A stretch of DNA of 38,877 nt, from positions 134,076,700-134,115,576 of the forward strand of contig NC_068982.1 in assembly GCF_001194135.2 (NCBI RefSeq). Reading direction: 5' to 3'. Below are positions 33,721 through 38,877 of the stretch, one piece after another (the stretch's first letter is position 1; the number at the start of each line of letters is the position of its first letter). Below the pieces are notes generated by a model that was not told the DNA's origin, searched no databases, and was given only the letters and a program-made list of their open reading frames with translations. The stretch comes from Octopus bimaculoides. Taxonomy: Eukaryota. Position numbers and translations under genes: made by a program.

Positions 33721-34660
33721 GTTGTAACTACTTTCTTGCTAGCATTCAGTTTTACACGCTGATAGCACAAGGTTTGAAACTTTTCAGTATTAAAATGCAT
33801 GCTATTCTTCTCAGCCCACTTGTATATTTTATCCAACTCATATTACAGGGCATAGCGTCTTCAGGATTCTGTATCACCTGTGAGACTTTTGTATCATCTG
33901 CATAACTTGTGATCGTGGCTCTCTGTGTGGCTGACGGCATATCTGTAAAGGCCGTTATGAACAGTAATGATCCCAAAACAGTGCCTTGCGGAACACCGCT
34001 CACTATTTGCGTGTCATTGGTTCACATAGTAGTTAACCCATAGCTGGGACCATAATAGGTGCTACTATCTGGATCAGAGTTGACCTGAGAACAACAGGGG
34101 CCAAGAGTTGCTGCCACACTCCTCAAAACCCTGAAACTTTCATACCAGGGGCCCCGACTACTGGGTGCAGTTTAAAGTCATTGGCATCCTTCAGAAAGTC
34201 ATGCAGCCATTCTCCCAATTTCCCGATTATGCCGAGATCACGCAGTTTGTGACATATCTTTCCAAGATCGACTTTATCGAAGGCCTTTGCAAAGTCGATA
34301 AGCATCACATCCACATTTGAGTGATTGAGCAGCTGTTTTAACAGCCAGTCATAGTGTTGTAAGAGCTGAATCAAGCAGCTTCTTCCTAGTAGGAAACCAT
34401 GTTGGGTGTCAGTCAGCAAGTCATTTTCTTAAGGTAAGCGATTAGTTTTCTTCTGACTATTCATTCCATGACTTTACTGATGTGCGAGGTCAGAGCGATA
34501 AGTCTGTAGTTTTTGGTCTCTGCTCTGCTACCTCCTTTATGAATAGGGCATATTTTGCCCTCCTTCAGCTTGCTTGGAAGTTTGCCAGTTGCAAGGAATC
34601 TCTGAAAGAGGGACTGCAGTGGCCTTGTTAGGACTCGCTTACATGCGTTTAGAAGGATTG
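33721..34660 (-). mobile_element. CR1/L2-group LINE reverse transcriptase fragment, interrupted at 34021-34176
   Basis: KNYRLIALTSHISKVME, QHGFLLGRSCLIQLL, DFAKAFDKVD, SGVPQGTVLGSLLF and SYADDTK motifs. Confidence 0.9.
34021..34176 (+). mobile_element. 156-bp short interspersed element in the LINE RT; near-identical second copy at 34945-35110
   Basis: GTCATTGG flanks both sides (34013-34020, 34177-34184). Removing it restores the frame KDANDTQIVSGVPQG. Confidence 0.7.
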
Positions 34661-35119
34661 CTGGAGATCATCTCGTGACTGAGTAAGACCACTTTCTAAA
34701 CTTAGTAAAGTCCATGCAAATGTTCCAAGGATCCGAGAAGTTCCAGTACATAAATTTGTTTTGAGTGGGTAAAGTGTTGCACAGCACTGAGCCCACATTT
34801 CATTGCAATTAGCTCCGAAACCAGTGGAAAGACAACAGAGATTGAGACGACCAGAATCCAGTTGCACTTCAGGTTTTTTTAATAACGATTTACCTTCTCC
34901 TTGAAGGAAGTTCTAATGAGAAATAAGGGTCCTTCACTCCCAAGGGTTCACATAGTAGTTAACCCATAGCTGGGACCATAATAGGTGCTACTATCTGGGT
35001 CAGAGTTGACCTGAGAACAACAGGGGCCAAGAGTTGGTGCCACACTCCTCAAAACCCTGAAACTTTCATACCAGGGGGGGGGGCTACTACTGGGTGCAGT
35101 TTAATGTCATACCCAAGAC

Positions 35120-35186
35120 GTATGTGTGTATGTGTGTGTGTATGTGTGTGTCCCCCTCCAATACCGCTTGGCAACCGTTGTTGGTT

Positions 35187-35282
<96 letters not shown>

Positions 35283-35290
35283 CGCGTGCG
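35120..35290 (+). repeat. SINE family A internal fragment (CCAATACCGCTTGGCAACCGTTGTTGG) embedded in long (GT)n
   Basis: Same variant as at 13415-13445. Confidence 0.75.
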
Positions 35291-35989
35291 TCTGAGTACA
35301 TTTGGCAATCAAAGTAGCCCAACCTTGAAACTGAACGAATCATCTGAATGGGTTTAATGAATGACATTAAAATCCATAAAGTTACAGACGCAAAAAAGTG
35401 GGTGTATATTCGTAATATTTCGTGTAGAGACGTTTTTCAAAGAACAACCCTGCCCTAAATGAACGTGTAGAAGATAGTATATAATAGAGTTGAAAGCACA
35501 CCCAGAATATAGTAAAGAAAACATTATTTGATTTTTTTTTCTGGGCTGTAGTTTATTAGCATTTAGGATGGATGCATATATAATCTCAAGAGTATGTTTG
35601 TTATTATAAATTTTTTCTCAGATGATAAATGTTTTCTCATAACAACGACTTTCTTGTTATTAATGGGACTTTTTATTCATTTTTGTTTGTTTTGTTTATT
35701 TTCAAACTATTTTAACAGTGTCCCGCATTTAATTTATCGTTACGAAGTCTTTCTTAAAACACTCATCGCTTGAAAGACGTGGGCGCCACACCTCGAATTA
35801 ATCGCTCGGCAATGGTTTTATTTTAATGAAACTATTATCAGAATATTCGACGAGGCCATTCTCGAGGCTCACATACAAACTGACATAGAATACGTATATG
35901 CATGTATAACAGCACACACACGCATGCACACACACACACACACACACACACATTCTCTCTCACACATACACACACACTTTTGTATGTAT

Positions 35990-36394
35990 AGGAGTGGCTG
36001 TGTGGTAAGTAGCTTGCTTACCAACCACATGGTTCCGGGTTCATTCCCACTGCGTGGCACCTTGGGCAAGTGTCTTCTACTATAGCCTCGGGCATACCAA
36101 AGCCTTGTGAGTGGATTTGGTAGACGGAAACTGAAAGAAGCCCGTCGTATATATGTATATATATGTCTACATGTATGTGTGTATGTTTGTGTGTCTGTGT
36201 TTGTCCCCCCAGCATCGCTTTACAACCGATGCTGGTGTATTTACGTCCCTGTAACTTAGCGGTTCGTCAAAAGAGAGCGATAGGATAAGTACTAGGCTTA
36301 CAAAGAATAAGACCTGGGGTCGATTTGCTCGACTAAAAGGCGGTGCTCCAGCATGGCCACAGTCAAATGACTGAAACAAGTAAAAGAGTAAAAG
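35990..36394 (+). mobile_element. Full-length, young-looking SINE family A
   Basis: AGGAGTGGCTGTGTGGTAAGTAGC...GACTGAAACAAGTAAAAGAGTAAAAGAG; gap-free reference copy for the family in this window. Confidence 0.95.
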
Positions 36395-36427
36395 AGTATG
36401 TGTGCGTTATAATTTATATATGTATCA

Positions 36428-36459
<32 letters not shown>

Positions 36460-36508
36460 ATACATATATGTATAAGTATATGTTTGTAAGTATGTATATA
36501 TATGTGTT

Positions 36509-36540
<32 letters not shown>

Positions 36541-37246
36541 CATGCTTACATATTCATACATACATACATATATACACACACAGAGACATATGCGTGTGCG
36601 CGAGTATATGTAAGTCTATGCGTTACTAAAGCTGTTTTAAACATCACTTTTCATGTCACTATGAAAGTTTAACTCTAGTAATGGTGGGGAGCAGTAAAAC
36701 ATGATAGAATTAAAAATAGAAGGTTAAAAATATATATACATATGCAGCAAACAAAATTAAAGAAATTGTTTTTAAAAAGTAAGTCAAGAAAAAACGTGGA
36801 AGCAAAATAAGATCTTTGTAGCAAGCAGACGATATATGAAGAAGAAGGAATGTCACGTGGTATGTGGGTTGTGAGACGTTCTAATATTTGTGAGGCATAG
36901 ACATGGCGATGAACAGATAAGTCCATCTGGAATAGTGTGTGCATGTGTGAGCCTGTGTGAGCCTGTGTGTGTGTATGTGCGCGTGTGCGAACAATGATTG
37001 ACTGTTAGTGTGTGTAAGGTGGAGATCAGTTAAGATTCTTTCTCCATATGTGACACAGATTCATTAAAAATCATCGAGATGCACGCATAACAGAATGAGA
37101 GAAAGAATGAAAGAGGGGGCGGAGTAGGACAAAACGTAAAAACAAAAAATAGTATTCATGCTATAAATGTATGTTTGTATACAAACTATGTTCAAATATA
37201 TAAACTTGACGCTCAGTCTGTGTATAGACGTACATATTATGGAAGC

Positions 37247-37490
37247 AAGCATGGCTATTGGTTAAAAAGTTCGCTTCGTAATTACGACATCCGGGGTTCG
37301 ATATCACTACGAATATGGCATTTTATTTTTTTATCTTTCATTTGTTTTAGTCGCTAAACTGCAGTCGTGTTGGGACACCACTTTACGATGTTTATTCAAA
37401 CAAATCGGCCCAAACATATTTTTATTAAGTTTGGTTTTTATTCCATCCATCCATTTTGCCGAACCACTAAGTTTCGGGAATGTTAATGTG
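37247..37490. mobile_element. Decayed SINE family A-like head on + followed by a 3'-half fragment on -
   Basis: AGCATGGCTATTGGTTAAAAAGTTCGCTTC..GGTTCGATATC, then TTTTGCCGAACCACTAAGTTTCGGG (reverse complement of the family 3' half). Confidence 0.5.
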
Positions 37491-37941
37491 TGTGTGNNNN
37501 NNNNNNNNNNNNNNNNNNNNNNNNNNNNNNNNNNNNNNNNNNNNNNNNNNNNNNNNNNNNNNNNNNNNNNNNNNNNNNNNNNNNNNNNNNNNNNNNNNNN
37601 NNNNNNNNNNNNNNNNNNNNNNNNNNNNNNNNNNNNNNNNNNNNNNNNNNNNNNNNNNNNNNNNNNNNNNNNNNNNNNNNNNNNNNNNNNNNNNNNNNNN
37701 NNNNNNNNNNNNNNNNNNNNNNNNNNNNNNNNNNNNNNNNNNNNNNNNNNNNNNNNNNNNNNNNNNNNNNNNNNNNNNNNNNNNNNNNNNNNNNNNNNNN
37801 NNNNNNNNNNNNNNNNNNNNNNNNNNNNNNNNNNNNNNNNNNNNNNNNNNNNNNNNNNNNNNNNNNNNTAATGACCTCTGTTCCTCAGAGTTGGCTAGTA
37901 TCATGTCCCCTCCACTCAGATATTCCTGAACTAGCTTTCTT

Positions 37942-38176
37942 ATTTCTCCATTGCCCACAAGGGGCTAAACATAGGGGGGGGGACAAACAAGGACAGACGA
38001 AGGGACTAAGTCGATTACATCGACCCCAGTGCGTAACTGGTATTTAATTTATCGACCCCGAAAAGATGAAAGGCAAAGTCGACCTCGGCGGAATTTGAAC
38101 TCGGAACGTAACGGCAGACGGAATACCGCTAAGCATTTCGCCCGGCGCGCTAACGTTTCTGCCAGCTCGCCGCCTT
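37942..38176 (-). mobile_element. Full-length SINE family B, tail-2, with a 16-bp TSD
   Basis: CTGAACTAGCTTTCTT at 37926-37941 and 38177-38192. Confidence 0.95.
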
Positions 38177-38812
38177 CTGAACTAGCTTTCTTGCCAACTC
38201 TTGACGCTTACATGACTTCCACACAACCTCTAACTTCCACACTAACTACTATATCCATTTCCTCTTCCCCAAAACAACATTGGCTCCCTGGAATCTTCTT
38301 CCCTACTTCTTTTTTATTCAGGTAAACTATGATAGAAGACATTATTTTCTTGCATATTTGTTGAATCTCCGGGACGAGATGAGTTTATAAGTCCTCTAAA
38401 ACCAGTGAAATTGTTATCGTTAACGTTCTGTTTAAAATATGTCAAGACCCTTGTGACAAGGTTTCACATAGATTCTGGCTGAAGGGTGCAAGTGTTTGTA
38501 GAATGAATACATTATAATCAAATGTGAAGTTAGTCATGTTCATCGAACAATTAGAATATTCACGGTGAAGAGCACAATACAGAGAAACAGAAAACATCGT
38601 AAAGAAAAACGGGAAATAAACGCGACTGTTGACTGCTCGGATTTACACACATACACCCACCATTCTAAGTTACGACATACGTCACAGCTGGAGTAGTTTA
38701 GTTGTAAATTGACCTAAAACTTACATCAAACTCGTGCCGAATATTTATCGATTGGGAATCAGAACTATTGTCACGGGGCTTTGTAATACAAATTATATTT
38801 TATTAGTCATTG

Positions 38813-38814
<2 letters not shown>

Positions 38815-38877
<63 letters not shown>
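38815..38877. repeat. (GT)n microsatellite at the window end
   Basis: Read directly from the sequence. Confidence 0.95.

Noticed and set aside
6661-38047. Long ORFs in the track rich in X, HT, CV, YLSI, poly-I, poly-H or poly-V
   Set aside because: They read through N-gaps, microsatellites and SINE bodies (e.g. MPKVPRSG.., MSGFGRRKLKEAR..); not genes.
3251-38176. tRNA-like A/B-box sequences as tRNA genes
   Set aside because: All are SINE heads continuing into family bodies; I could not fold a complete cloverleaf.
1-38877. CRISPR arrays, rRNA genes, operons and prokaryotic terminators
   Set aside because: No regularly spaced repeat-spacer array or rRNA similarity; the sequence is eukaryotic repeat-rich DNA.

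Overview
AT-rich, microsatellite-dense, gapped (7 N-runs) animal genomic DNA with no complete recognisable host gene. The three dominant tRNA-head SINE families and the (CA)n/(TAGA)n/(TAT)n load suggest a coleoid cephalopod, probably Octopus (inference from family recognition, not a database search). Supported content: a Chapaev/CMC-type DNA transposon derivative (146-1612; CACTA end, TAA TSD) nested in a decayed RLE-type (R4-like) LINE; about 20 SINE copies or fragments, three with exact 16-21 bp TSDs; two related solo LTRs with 4-bp TSDs (4040-4489, 27443-27870); CR1/L2-group LINE fragments; mariner and Tigger-like remnants; and a Helentron-associated (HINE/DINE-1-like) element. The most notable signals are two type I hammerhead ribozyme motifs (13680-13739 minus; 30981-31047 plus). 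The second lies behind a 63-nt hairpin inside a 1.5-kb module bounded by a perfect 18-bp inverted repeat and carrying a 37-bp direct repeat. There is also an interleaved A-B-A'-B' double inverted repeat (12884-13394). A few splice-consistent candidate exons are reported at low confidence. Almost all ORFs in the supplied track are microsatellite, gap or SINE artefacts.
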